DNA of 64,000 bases from Candidatus Liptonbacteria bacterium (lineage in GTDB: Bacteria > Patescibacteriota > Minisyncoccia > UBA6257 > 2-01-FULL-56-20): assembly GCA_016186635.1 (NCBI GenBank), contig JACPLI010000020.1, forward strand, positions 3,548 to 67,547. The letters are read 5' to 3'. The notes beneath the pieces are model-generated. The model saw nothing but the letters and a program-made list of their open reading frames with translations. It was not told where the DNA came from and did not search any database. A program made the translations under genes and the position numbers. This document shows, piece after piece, positions 45,850-54,511 of this stretch; positions within the stretch are counted from its first letter, which is position 1, and each line of letters starts with the position of its first letter.

Positions 45850-46425
45850 ATGGCAGTTCTCGCAAATTCGTTGAGCGATGCGGGGGTTGTGCGGGTTCTT
45901 AGAGTTGGCGGCGTGGCGGTGATTCCGACGGACACAATTTACGGCATCGTGGGATCGGCGCTCCGCGAGAAAACAGTCGTGCGCATTTACAAACTGCGGA
46001 AGCGGAACCCAAAGAAGCCGCTCATCGTGCTTATCGGGTCGCTCCGTGAGCTTTCGCGCGTTGGGGTGCGTCTTGGGGCGCTTCGCCGTCCTCTGTTCCG
46101 ATTCCTACGGGGTGTGTGGCCCGGGAGGGTGAGCGTGGCATTGCCTGTCAAAAGCAAGAAATTCGGATACCTCCACCGAGGGACGGGATATATTGCCTTC
46201 CGCGTGCCAGCAAAGAAAGCGTTGCGGGAACTGCTTATGAAAACCGGGCCGCTCGTGGCGCCAAGTGCGAACGTCGAGGGAAAATCTCCCGCGACGACTC
46301 TTCGCGAAGCGCAGAGGTACTTTGGAGATAGGGCGGATTGCTATGTGGATGGAGGAAAAGTAATGCGCAAGCCCTCGACGCTTGTGAAGATATTGGAGGG
46401 GAAGCCGGTGGTGATACGAAAATAA
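45850..46425 (+). CDS. tsaC: L-threonylcarbamoyladenylate synthase (TsaC/YrdC/Sua5 family)
   Basis: VIPTDTIYGIVGSA and VAPSANVEGKSPATT. Confidence 0.85.
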   Translation: MAVLANSLSDAGVVRVLRVGGVAVIPTDTIYGIVGSALREKTVVRIYKLRKRNPKKPLIVLIGSLRELSRVGVRLGALRRPLFRFLRGVWPGRVSVALPVKSKKFGYLHRGTGYIAFRVPAKKALRELLMKTGPLVAPSANVEGKSPATTLREAQRYFGDRADCYVDGGKVMRKPSTLVKILEGKPVVIRK

Positions 46426-46427
46426 TA

Positions 46428-46519
46428 AGGAGTATTCGCGCCGTGCCTGCCGGCAGGCAGGAATAATGCTAATATAGATTCAATAATGCGAATCCATTCG
46501 CGTTATTGGCGATTACTCC
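46428..46519. repeat. Family-A repeat copy 5 with nested family-D palindrome
   Basis: aggagtattcgcgccgtgcctgccggcaggcaggaataatgctaatatagattcaataatgcgaatccattcgcgttattggcgattactcc. The right arm supplies MAITP at the FAD-oxidase start. Confidence 0.8.
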
Positions 46520-48170
46520 TCTTATGCTCGCTGACGAACTCCGGAAAATAATCAAGGGCGACGCGGAAGCGGACGACACGACGCTTGAGAAATACAGCCG
46601 CGACTTTTCGATTTTCAAGGTGGTGCCGGAGGTGGTGGTGTTCCCGAGGGACACCGAAGACGTGAAAGCGCTGGTGAAGTTTGCGAGCGCGGCGCGGAAA
46701 AGAGGAAGGAAAATCTCATTGACGGGGCGCGCGGCGGGCACGGATATGACGGGCGGGCCGCTTACGGAATCCGTGGTGGTGGACTTCACGCGGCACATGA
46801 ATCGGATTAAGGAAATCGGCAAGGATTATGTGGTGGTGGAGCCGGGAGTGTACTATCGGGACCTCGAACCGGAGCTTGCGCGCCGGGGGCTCATGTATCC
46901 GGCGTACCCCGCATCGAAGGATTACTGCGCCATCGGCGGCATGGTGATGAACAATGCGGGAGGCGAGAAGACGCTTCTCTACGGCAAGACCGAGCAGTAT
47001 GTGGCGCAAATAAAAATGGTGCTCGCGGATGGGGAGGAGCATGTGATAAAGCCCATGTCGCGCGGCGCGCTTGAGGAATGCGCGGGAAAGCGAGATTTCG
47101 AGTGTGCGGCATGGAGAAAGCTCCGGCGGATGCTCGAGCGGCGCGCGAACGCGATTGCGGCGGCGCGCCCGGACACGTCAAAGAATTCCTCCGGTTATTC
47201 GCTCTGGAACGTGTGGGACGGGAATACCTTTGACCCGGTGAAACTTTTCGTGGGCTCGCAAGGGACGCTTGGGCTCATGACAGAGGTAAAATTGCGGCTC
47301 GTGCCGAAGCCGGCGCACACCCAGCTTGTAGTGCTTTTCCTGCGCGATATCGAGCGCATCGGCGACCTCGTGAACGAGATTCTCAAAGTGAAACCGGAGA
47401 GCATTGAGTCCTACGACGACAAGACGCTCGGCGTGGTGCTCCGTTATCTTCCCAGTTTCATTTGGTCCATGAAAGGGGATTTCCTGAAGCTTGCATGGAG
47501 TTTCCTTCCAGAGGTGGGGATGATGCTTCGCGGCGGGGTTCCGAAGATGATTCTCTTGGTGTCGCTCACTGCCGATACAGAACAGGAACTTCATGCGCGC
47601 ACCATCAAGCTGGTGCACATGGTGCGGCGGGAGTTCCGGCTCCCTGTCCGCGCGGTGCGCGATAAGGCGGAAGAGGAAAAGTATTGGACGATTCGGCGCC
47701 AGAGCTTTGCGCTCCTTCATGGGCACATCAAGGACCGCGACACCGCGCCCTTCATTGATGACATCGCGGTACAGCCGCGGCACCTCCCTGAATTTTTGCC
47801 GAAGCTCAATGCGATTCTTGAGCGCTATAAAGACAAGCTTATCTATACGATTGCCGGGCACCCGGGGGACGGAAACTTCCATATTATCCCGCTCATGGAT
47901 TTGAAGAATCCAAAAGTGCGCGCGCTCATTCCCGCCATTTCCGATGAGGTATATGCGCTTGTGCTGCGCTATCGCGGCTCTATCACTGCCGAGCACAACG
48001 ACGGCATCATCCGCACGCCCTACGTAAAGGAGATGTATGGCAGGGAGGTGTACGCGCTCTTTGAGGAGGTGAAGCACACTTTCGACCCGCAGGGCGTTTT
48101 CAACCCTGGAAAGAAAGTGAGAGGGACGCTCAAATATGCGCTCGAGCATATCAGGAGTAATCGCGAATAA
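46506..48170 (+). CDS. FAD-linked oxidase (GlcD / D-lactate dehydrogenase-like)
   Basis: FAD-binding PCMH pattern with RGLMYPAYPASKDYCAIGGMVMNNAGGEK. The C-terminus RSNRE* is encoded by a family-A repeat. Confidence 0.85.
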   Translation: MAITPLMLADELRKIIKGDAEADDTTLEKYSRDFSIFKVVPEVVVFPRDTEDVKALVKFASAARKRGRKISLTGRAAGTDMTGGPLTESVVVDFTRHMNRIKEIGKDYVVVEPGVYYRDLEPELARRGLMYPAYPASKDYCAIGGMVMNNAGGEKTLLYGKTEQYVAQIKMVLADGEEHVIKPMSRGALEECAGKRDFECAAWRKLRRMLERRANAIAAARPDTSKNSSGYSLWNVWDGNTFDPVKLFVGSQGTLGLMTEVKLRLVPKPAHTQLVVLFLRDIERIGDLVNEILKVKPESIESYDDKTLGVVLRYLPSFIWSMKGDFLKLAWSFLPEVGMMLRGGVPKMILLVSLTADTEQELHARTIKLVHMVRREFRLPVRAVRDKAEEEKYWTIRRQSFALLHGHIKDRDTAPFIDDIAVQPRHLPEFLPKLNAILERYKDKLIYTIAGHPGDGNFHIIPLMDLKNPKVRALIPAISDEVYALVLRYRGSITAEHNDGIIRTPYVKEMYGREVYALFEEVKHTFDPQGVFNPGKKVRGTLKYALEHIRSNRE

Positions 48171-48262
48171 TGCGAATGGGGGCAAATAATGCGAATGAAG
48201 AAGCATAAGAAGAAATAATTTGCATTATTGAAATTACAATTTGCATTATTCGCGATTACTCC
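48153..48262. repeat. Family-A repeat copy 6 (full two-arm)
   Basis: aggagtaatcgcgaataatgcgaatgggggcaaataatgcgaatg...tttgcattattgaaattacaatttgcattattcgcgattactccc. Confidence 0.85.
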
Positions 48263-48263
48263 C

Positions 48264-48548
48264 ATGGAGGCGCCGAGCGCGTTCAAGATAAGGATTTTAG
48301 GGCGTGTGCAGGGCGTGGGATTCCGCTATGCGGCATATAAGGAAGCGGTGCGCCGCGGCATTCGGGGTTTTGTGAGGAACGAGCGCGACGGGAGCGTGTA
48401 CATGGAAGTAGAGGGAAGTCGTGAAATACTTGACGCGTTCACCGAGTGGTGCAGGAAGGGATTTCTTGGCGCGCATGTTGAGAAGGTGATTACGGAGGAA
48501 GCGCCAGTTCGTGGTTTTCAAAAATTCGAGATACAATCACTCATATGA
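48264..48548 (+). CDS. acyP: Acylphosphatase
   Basis: VQGVGFRYAAYKEAVRRGIRGFVRNERDGSVYMEVEG. Confidence 0.8.
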   Translation: MEAPSAFKIRILGRVQGVGFRYAAYKEAVRRGIRGFVRNERDGSVYMEVEGSREILDAFTEWCRKGFLGAHVEKVITEEAPVRGFQKFEIQSLI

Positions 48549-49516
48549 TGTATGACACTATTAGGGACTTTCATCGGCAATTTTCGTTTCGCCCGGAAAT
48601 TGAGAATAGGGGGCGGCTTGCGAGGAGAAAGAAAATCCTGGCGGCGGGGATGGGGGGTTCCCAGCTTGCGGCGACGCTCCTTCCGCTGTTCAGTCCGAAA
48701 CTCGACATTATCCATCATCGCGACTATGGGCTCCCGGCGGCGAACATCCGCGATCGGCTTGTGATTGCAAGCTCGTACTCGGGGAATACCGAGGAGACGT
48801 TGAGCGCGTTTCACGAAGCGCGGAGGCGGAAGGTATCGCTTCTTGCGATTGCTTCGGGCGGGAAACTCCTCGCGCGTGCGCGGCGTTTTAAAGTTCCCTG
48901 TATTGAGCTCCCCAACCTTCATATTGACCCTCGTTCGGCGCTGGGGGTAAGCACCATGGCGTTTCTTGCGGCAATCGGCGTGCGCAAAGAACTCCGCGAA
49001 GCATCGGGACTCGCGCGGACGCTTATGCCGCGTGCGCTTGAGCCGAGGGGGCAAGCGCTCGCGCGGCAGCTCAAGGGTAGCGTGCCTGTCGTGTACAGCT
49101 CGGCGCGAAATGCGCCGCTCGCGTATATTTGGAAAATTAAATTAAACGAGACAGGAAAGATTCCGGCATTCATGAACGTGCTCCCGGAGTTGAATCACAA
49201 CGAGATGAACGGCTTTGATGTGACGCCGCATACAAAAGAGCTTTGTTGCCCATTTCATTTCGTTTTTCTTGAGGATCCAGCCGACACCCCGAGAATCCAA
49301 AAAAGGATGAAGGTGCTTGCATCTCTCTACCGCAGGCGCGGATTGCCGGTGACTCCGGTTGCACTTCACGGAGAAGGGATGTTCAAGAAGGCGTTTTCTT
49401 CGGTTGTGCTCTCTGATTGGACTGCATATCACGCCGCGCTCATGTACCACAGGAATCCCGACGGCATCCCAATGGTGGAAGAATTCAAGCGGCTCATAAG
49501 GAGTAATCGGGAATAA
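48545..49516 (+). CDS. Bifunctional phosphoglucose/phosphomannose isomerase (SIS-domain, archaeal-type PGI/PMI)
   Basis: GMGGSQLAA and SYSGNTEETL are SIS motifs. The C-terminus RSNRE* comes from a family-A repeat. Confidence 0.8.
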   Translation: MMYDTIRDFHRQFSFRPEIENRGRLARRKKILAAGMGGSQLAATLLPLFSPKLDIIHHRDYGLPAANIRDRLVIASSYSGNTEETLSAFHEARRRKVSLLAIASGGKLLARARRFKVPCIELPNLHIDPRSALGVSTMAFLAAIGVRKELREASGLARTLMPRALEPRGQALARQLKGSVPVVYSSARNAPLAYIWKIKLNETGKIPAFMNVLPELNHNEMNGFDVTPHTKELCCPFHFVFLEDPADTPRIQKRMKVLASLYRRRGLPVTPVALHGEGMFKKAFSSVVLSDWTAYHAALMYHRNPDGIPMVEEFKRLIRSNRE

Positions 49517-49548
49517 TTGGTATCATTAGTACCCATTCGCGTATTGGC
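49498..49548. repeat. Family-A repeat copy 7 (degenerate)
   Basis: aggagtaatcgggaataattggtatcattagtacccattcgcgtattgg. Confidence 0.6.
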
Positions 49549-49558
49549 ATCGTTTATT

Positions 49559-50245
49559 ATGCAAAAACTCTCTCGCTCAAAAGTCGAACTGTTCTTGGAA
49601 TGCCCTCGGTGCTTTTGGCTGGACGTGGCGAAAGGGATAAAGCGCCCGCCTCCGGCGCCCTACACCATCAACAGCGCCATCGATTATCTCTTGAAGCAGG
49701 AATTTGACGTCTACCGAAAAAAAGGGGAGCCGCATCCAATCATGGTGAAGCACGGCGTGGAGGCAATTCCCTTCGCGCATAAGGATATCGACACGTGGCG
49801 GCATAACTTTACAGGAGTGTCGCATGTGCATAAGCCTACGGGCATACACGTGTTTGGCGCAGTGGACGATGTATGGATAAATCCCAACGGAGAGCTCCAC
49901 GTGGTGGACTACAAGGCAACCGGCGCGAATCAGCACAATGTGTACGATTCGTATCAGCGGCAGATGGAAGTGTACCAGTGGCTCCTGCGCCGGAACGGGC
50001 ACGAAGTTTCGCCCACGGGCTATTTTGTCTTCGCGCGGGTGGATAAGGGGGGAGGGTTTTCAGGAAACGGCAAAGGCGGCGGCACGGCACTTTTACCATT
50101 CAATATCTTCGTGGAGTCTTATACGGGCGATGATTCGTGGGTGGAGGAGGCAATCATGCGCGCGAACGAGACACTCAAAGGCGCAGCGATTCCGAGTGCG
50201 GCGGAGGAATGCGAGTATTGCAAATACCGCGAGGCAGGAACCTAG
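49559..50245 (+). CDS. PD-(D/E)xK nuclease, Cas4/RecB-like with Fe-S Cys (N-terminal C..C, C-terminal CEYC)
   Basis: CPRCFWLD, VDYKATG, QRQMEVYQWLL, and CEYCKYREAG. Confidence 0.7.
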   Translation: MQKLSRSKVELFLECPRCFWLDVAKGIKRPPPAPYTINSAIDYLLKQEFDVYRKKGEPHPIMVKHGVEAIPFAHKDIDTWRHNFTGVSHVHKPTGIHVFGAVDDVWINPNGELHVVDYKATGANQHNVYDSYQRQMEVYQWLLRRNGHEVSPTGYFVFARVDKGGGFSGNGKGGGTALLPFNIFVESYTGDDSWVEEAIMRANETLKGAAIPSAAEECEYCKYREAGT

Positions 50246-50263
50246 ATAACGATGTGAGAAGAA

Positions 50264-50303
50264 TGCACCATTTTATATCCCACGTGGGATATAAAATGGT
50301 GCA
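50264..50303. repeat. Perfect 40-bp palindrome
   Basis: tgcaccattttatatcccac|gtgggatataaaatggtgca lies 19 bp after the Cas4-like stop. Confidence 0.85.
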
Positions 50304-50707
50304 CAAAGAACTGCGAGCGTGCGCTAAGTTGCTAATCCTTCGTTGGCGGAATGCCGCGGGACATAACGATGGAGTTTTTATGCTGGGAGACGATGAACGA
50401 CAAGCGGTAACAACGGTAGTTTTCTCTTCTGATGATGCGCAGTACAGACTCATAAAAGTTTTACTTGTTGGGCTTAGGTTGCAACCGAACCAGCTCCAGC
50501 AAGTCGAAAATCTTTTGAGCTCGGTTGCGCCCCACGCGGTGAAAAAGGCAAAGGAGGAGATACAACAAGGACACAAACTGACTCCGCCGGCTTTGTTGGA
50601 TGAGGACGACGCGGCGCTGGAAACGGATGATTAGTTCGGACTTTCGTGCCCTGCGTTGCAATTTTGCGCGCAGGGCACAGTCATTTTTATCGGCGTATAA
50701 TGAAATT

Positions 50708-51154
50708 ATGTTTGAGTTCCGAAAGCCGAAAGTGTTTCACTGGACGAACCACGCCCGAGGGAAGATGCGGTATTATAAACTCTCCGAACAGCGGGTGCGG
50801 CGGGTGCTTCACTCGCCGAAGCGCGTGGAGGAGGGAATTGCGCCGAAGACGGTGGCTTTCATGCAACCATCATCAGTAAGTAGCAAGTGGCAAGTAGTAA
50901 GTGGTAAGGAACAACCGAAGAAGCAAGAAACATGGAGGCAGGAAATTTGGGTGATGATTCAGGATACGAGGAGTACGCGAAAGATTATCAGCGCATGGCG
51001 GTACCCGGGCATGACGAAGCCGGGGGCATCGCTCCCTGATGCAATTTTGCGGGAAGTGCGCGAGGGAGCGGTGGCATTGAGCGAGGAGAATCTTGCCGCC
51101 CGCGAAAAAATGTCCGGAATGCTTAAAAAATGGCGCCGGACACTGCGAGGGTAG
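50708..51154 (+). CDS. DUF4258-like small protein with in-frame tandem-repeat insertion
   Basis: HWTNHARGKMRYYKLSEQRVRRVL. The segment SSVSSKWQVVSGK is encoded by agtaagt-like 7-mer repeats at 50874-50908. Confidence 0.45.
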   Translation: MFEFRKPKVFHWTNHARGKMRYYKLSEQRVRRVLHSPKRVEEGIAPKTVAFMQPSSVSSKWQVVSGKEQPKKQETWRQEIWVMIQDTRSTRKIISAWRYPGMTKPGASLPDAILREVREGAVALSEENLAAREKMSGMLKKWRRTLRG

Positions 51155-51208
51155 TATTTTGCCGTTTAAAGCATAATTCATTATTCTTAATTCATAATTC
51201 TTTCTCGC

Positions 51209-51652
51209 ATGATTCTTACTACCCCTGCATTCAAAAACGGAGAGCCTATTCCAAAAAAATTTACCTGTGAAGGAGGGGATATAAATCCTGGGCTTCGGAT
51301 AGAAAACATGCCGCAGGGTGTGAAGAGTCTGGCATTGATTATGGAAGACCCCGATGCCCCCGGGGCGACGTTCGTGCATTGGATTGTATGGAATATTGAC
51401 CCTGCCGCGGCGTTCGTGAAGGAAGAAAGCAAACCGTCGCGGAGTATTGAGGGAACGAATTCCGCCGCAAAAATCGGTTACACGGGACCATGCCCCCCGC
51501 CCGGAAAGCCCCACCATTATTTTTTCAAAGTGTATGCGCTTGATGCGGATATGGACCTTATGCCCGGTGCAACGCGGCAGGAATTTGAGGAGGCGCTCGC
51601 GGGGCACGTGCTTGCGGAGGCGGAGTTGATGGGGACATACGCCCGCGAATAG
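51209..51652 (+). CDS. YbhB/YbcL-family PEBP (Raf kinase inhibitor-like) protein
   Basis: MEDPDAPGATFVHWIVWNI and GPCPPPGKPHHYFFKVYALD. Confidence 0.85.
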   Translation: MILTTPAFKNGEPIPKKFTCEGGDINPGLRIENMPQGVKSLALIMEDPDAPGATFVHWIVWNIDPAAAFVKEESKPSRSIEGTNSAAKIGYTGPCPPPGKPHHYFFKVYALDADMDLMPGATRQEFEEALAGHVLAEAELMGTYARE

Positions 51653-52093
51653 CGAGGAGCAAAGGGCAAATAGCTGATTGGAAAGGGGGTTGCTTGACGG
51701 GTATCCGATTGGGCTTTACACTGGATGCGTATTGAAAATCATAATGTCCGTCGGGGTCCCTTGCAGGAATGTGAGGGGTTGGGCCTCGGCAGTTCCGGGC
51801 AACTGGAGCGCGGATGATTCTTGCGAGAGTGAGAATCCGGCATCCCCCGTAATCATGGGATAACCAATGTCGTCCTGAGTTTGCCGAAGGACGGAGTTGG
51901 TGAGAAGCCCGAAGAAGCATAGGTGGAGCCCGCCTTCGCTAAAGCTTCGGCGGGCGAAGTAAGGTGGCACCGTGGGAATGAATCCCGCCCTTATTGTCTG
52001 ACGCAGTTGTCAGACCATGAGGACGGTTTTTTTGTTATACAAAATTCCCGAATGGATTTCATTGGCCCTTAACAAATCTTAAAAAAGATATTC

Positions 52094-52309
52094 ATGAAAG
52101 CAACTCACAGAACCTTCTTCTGCCCGGAATGCCGCTATTTCAGTACGCTGGCACTTCCGAAAGCCACTCGGAGTTGCCTCCGATGCGGGCATTCTCTCAT
52201 TCCTCCCTATACGGAAGAGGATTTTGGGGATACGAGCGATGTTCCCAACTGGCTTCGCATTCATACAACACGCTACTTTAGCCTGCCGCCCAAGGCGAAA
52301 CCGAAATAG
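52094..52309 (+). CDS. Small Zn-ribbon protein (71 aa)
   Basis: CPECRY...CLRCGH. A terminator follows. Confidence 0.4.
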   Translation: MKATHRTFFCPECRYFSTLALPKATRSCLRCGHSLIPPYTEEDFGDTSDVPNWLRIHTTRYFSLPPKAKPK

Positions 52310-52324
52310 CGGCAATCTAAGCAA

Positions 52325-52357
52325 GGCGCTCTCCGCAAGGGAGCGCCCCTTTTATTT
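52325..52357 (+). terminator. Rho-independent terminator
   Basis: ggcgctctccgcaagggagcgcc followed by ccttttatttc. Confidence 0.8.
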
Positions 52358-52593
52358 CAGGAGTTTACGAGGCTGTGGATAACCGGCTTGACACGGATGA
52401 GGAAGGGGAATATTCTCTACCGGTAGCCATGTCAAAGATTTCAGCCGTGCAAAATAATCACAAGCTTTATACGCCCTCGTTCGGCGCGTGGGATTTTTGC
52501 TTTAGTTTCAGCTTTATCTTTAGCAAGCCTCGCGAGGGGGTAACTGGAAATGTATGACTGTGGAATAGATATTGTTCCAAAGTAACCAGTGAA

Positions 52594-52628
52594 AACCTCC
52601 TCGCACCGCGAGGAGGTTTTGTTTTTTG
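52594..52628 (+). terminator. Rho-independent terminator-like hairpin
   Basis: aacctcctcgcaccgcgaggaggtt followed by ttgtttttt. Confidence 0.65.
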
Positions 52629-52823
52629 GGAGTCCCTCATCTTATCCGCTGTTTTATGAAAACGGCAGGAAAACAGCAGATAAGATGAGTGTCTCCGATG
52701 GATACCGGAACCATCTGCGGCATTCAGCTAGGTAGTAAGTAAGTGAAAAGTGTTAAGTGATAAGTTAGCAAAAGGTTATTGTATTAAAACGTCGCGATTG
52801 CGCATAGCAATTAAGAAAATCGC

Positions 52824-53513
52824 ATGAAAATAGGAGTTTTGGGAGGTACCAGTCCACTGGTAAGTATTCAGTTGCAGAGGCTGATTGCGGAGTCTACTCC
52901 TGCGAGAAAGGACGAAGACCATTTGGAGGTGGTGTGCTACACCAATCCAAAGGTTCCCGATTGCGCCGACGGGCCCGAGAGCGACCGGGACGCGACGGAG
53001 CATCATGAAGCACTCGTGACTTCCGCGCAGCTTTTGGTGCGGGCGGGCGTTTCCATGATTGCGATACCGTGCAACCGGGCGCATATGCGTATTACGGACA
53101 TTCAAGGGCGTGTTCCGGTGCCGGTCATGAATATGGTGGAGCTTGCGGTGCGCCGGGTTGTTGAGGAGCATGGCAAAGCCCACGTAGGTCTTATTGCCGC
53201 GGGACCGGTGGTTACCGGCAAGATATATGAACGTACGCTGCCCGATTCAGGAGTGCATTGGATATTGCCCGACGCGCGGGGGCAGGAAGCGGTGGCGAAA
53301 GCCGTGCAGGCGGTCAAGGCGAATGCGGACGTGGACGGCAGCGCGGTGGTGAAGGTCGCAAAACAACTCATCGAGAACGGCGCGAAAGTGCTCGTCGTGG
53401 GTTGCACGAAGCTTTCCATGCTTACGGAAGATATCGAGAAACTGGGGAAGCCGGTAATTGACCCCATGCGCGTGCTTGCGGAGCACCTTGTGGACCAGGC
53501 GAGAGTAGTGTGA
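52824..53513 (+). CDS. Asp/Glu/hydantoin racemase family protein
   Basis: MKIGVLGGTSPLVSIQLQRLI. The conserved Cys lie in IPCNRAH and VVGCTKLS. Confidence 0.8.
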   Translation: MKIGVLGGTSPLVSIQLQRLIAESTPARKDEDHLEVVCYTNPKVPDCADGPESDRDATEHHEALVTSAQLLVRAGVSMIAIPCNRAHMRITDIQGRVPVPVMNMVELAVRRVVEEHGKAHVGLIAAGPVVTGKIYERTLPDSGVHWILPDARGQEAVAKAVQAVKANADVDGSAVVKVAKQLIENGAKVLVVGCTKLSMLTEDIEKLGKPVIDPMRVLAEHLVDQARVV

Positions 53514-53556
53514 AGTAAAAGCGGCGAGGAATCTCGGTTCCTCGCCACTTTCCGTC

Positions 53557-53692
53557 TCGGGTATTGATTTCAGGCGAGGCGCCCCGCATGAAATCAGTAT
53601 CGGAGGAAACCATGTTGTGTGGACGTGGCCGATGCTGAAGCTCTTTGACTTCTTAAAAAACGTGCGAAGTGAAAGAGTTGATTAATGCAGCA
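53557..53692 (+). promoter_or_regulatory. Duplicated leader element L1: hairpin, RBS, 8-codon uORF MLCGRGRC (53612-53638), second hairpin, then gene start MQQRWE
   Basis: Near-identical (~95%) to 57674-57821. Hairpin tgatttcaggcgag..ctcgcatgaaatca, then ggaggaaaccATG, then ctctttgacttc..gaagtgaaagag. Confidence 0.7.
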
Positions 53693-54380
53693 ACGTTGGG
53701 AGATACATATGCTAAAAAGTTTTTTGGAGTTTGACCCTATGAAATGGACGGCGGAGACGAAGAAAGATGTTGTGAAGTCTCCGATGGTGAAGAAGGTAGT
53801 GTCGTTTGCGCTTGGGCCGAACGGCACTAATATTGCCCAGGCGGCGGGGCGCTGGCACGAAGAAATGGGAATTTCCGCTAAGGCGGAAATCAAGCTTTGT
53901 GATTTGCCGGAATCGGCGGTGCGGGAAAATTTGGCATTGCACGAAGATGGAGCTTTGGGGGTGTTCTGGACGTGCGCCGTGTTCAAGCGCCTGAATGAGG
54001 TGTTTTTTGATAACCCTGGGACATTCCCGTTTTTTTTCCAGTACGATATGCTTTTGGATGAGATGCAGCTTGCTGCTATCTCACGGGAGTGTTCGAAAAT
54101 TGATAATCCGGCGTCCATGACGATTGCTACACATGTGTCGCCAGCTCCTTTGGTGGTAGAGCTTGTGGCCGCTCACGCTCGGGTTGTGGATGCAAGCAGT
54201 AACGCCGAAGCCGCCCGTAAGTGCGAGGCGGGGGAAGTGACGGCGTGCATAACGACCGAGACTGCAAGACTTATGCAGCATCTTGTCACACTACACCGTT
54301 TCGGCTCCCCTCTCATGGTTTTCTTTGGTGGAATCACAGAGAGTGGACTTGCCTTGCTGACTTTGGCTGACGGACGCTAG
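53685..54380 (+). CDS. Prephenate dehydratase-like protein without ACT domain; resembles BacA/AerD/SalX non-aromatizing prephenate decarboxylases
   Basis: VSFALGPNGTNIAQAAG parallels the BacA LGPEGTSSEYAA. SNAEAARKCEAGEVTACITTETARL parallels STSQAARKVKEGLYDIALTNELARQ. No ENS or TRF motifs, and no regulatory domain. 231 aa. Confidence 0.6.
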   Translation: MQQRWEIHMLKSFLEFDPMKWTAETKKDVVKSPMVKKVVSFALGPNGTNIAQAAGRWHEEMGISAKAEIKLCDLPESAVRENLALHEDGALGVFWTCAVFKRLNEVFFDNPGTFPFFFQYDMLLDEMQLAAISRECSKIDNPASMTIATHVSPAPLVVELVAAHARVVDASSNAEAARKCEAGEVTACITTETARLMQHLVTLHRFGSPLMVFFGGITESGLALLTLADGR

Positions 54381-54511
54381 GACGTCACTCCGGCACTCAA
54401 CTCTTAAGTGGATGCATCAGCATTCCACAAGCAATTTCAATCCCCGTTGCGGCAACGCAGCGGGGGCCTTCTTTTTTTGGTTTCTTGAGTTATGCTTGAA
54501 AATAGAATGGC

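Noticed and set aside
47178-48206. Long minus-strand ORFs antisense to well-supported plus genes. The one given is 342 aa opposite the FAD oxidase. Others are 61992-63401 (469 aa opposite the M20 peptidase), 60785-61540, 27249-28016, 5392-6102, 10759-11499, 12026-12802, 13001-13591, 1983-2858, 2216-2899, 7054-7740 and 8161-8952.
   Set aside because: Each lies opposite a gene with clear family motifs. They are R/P/A/G-rich with no motifs, which is the typical GC-rich antisense open-frame artefact.
50137-50634. Track ORF of 165 aa after the Cas4-like gene.
   Set aside because: The N-terminal third spans the perfect 40-bp palindrome and is Arg/Gly-rich. If real, the gene most likely starts at an internal Met after 50303. 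Not called.
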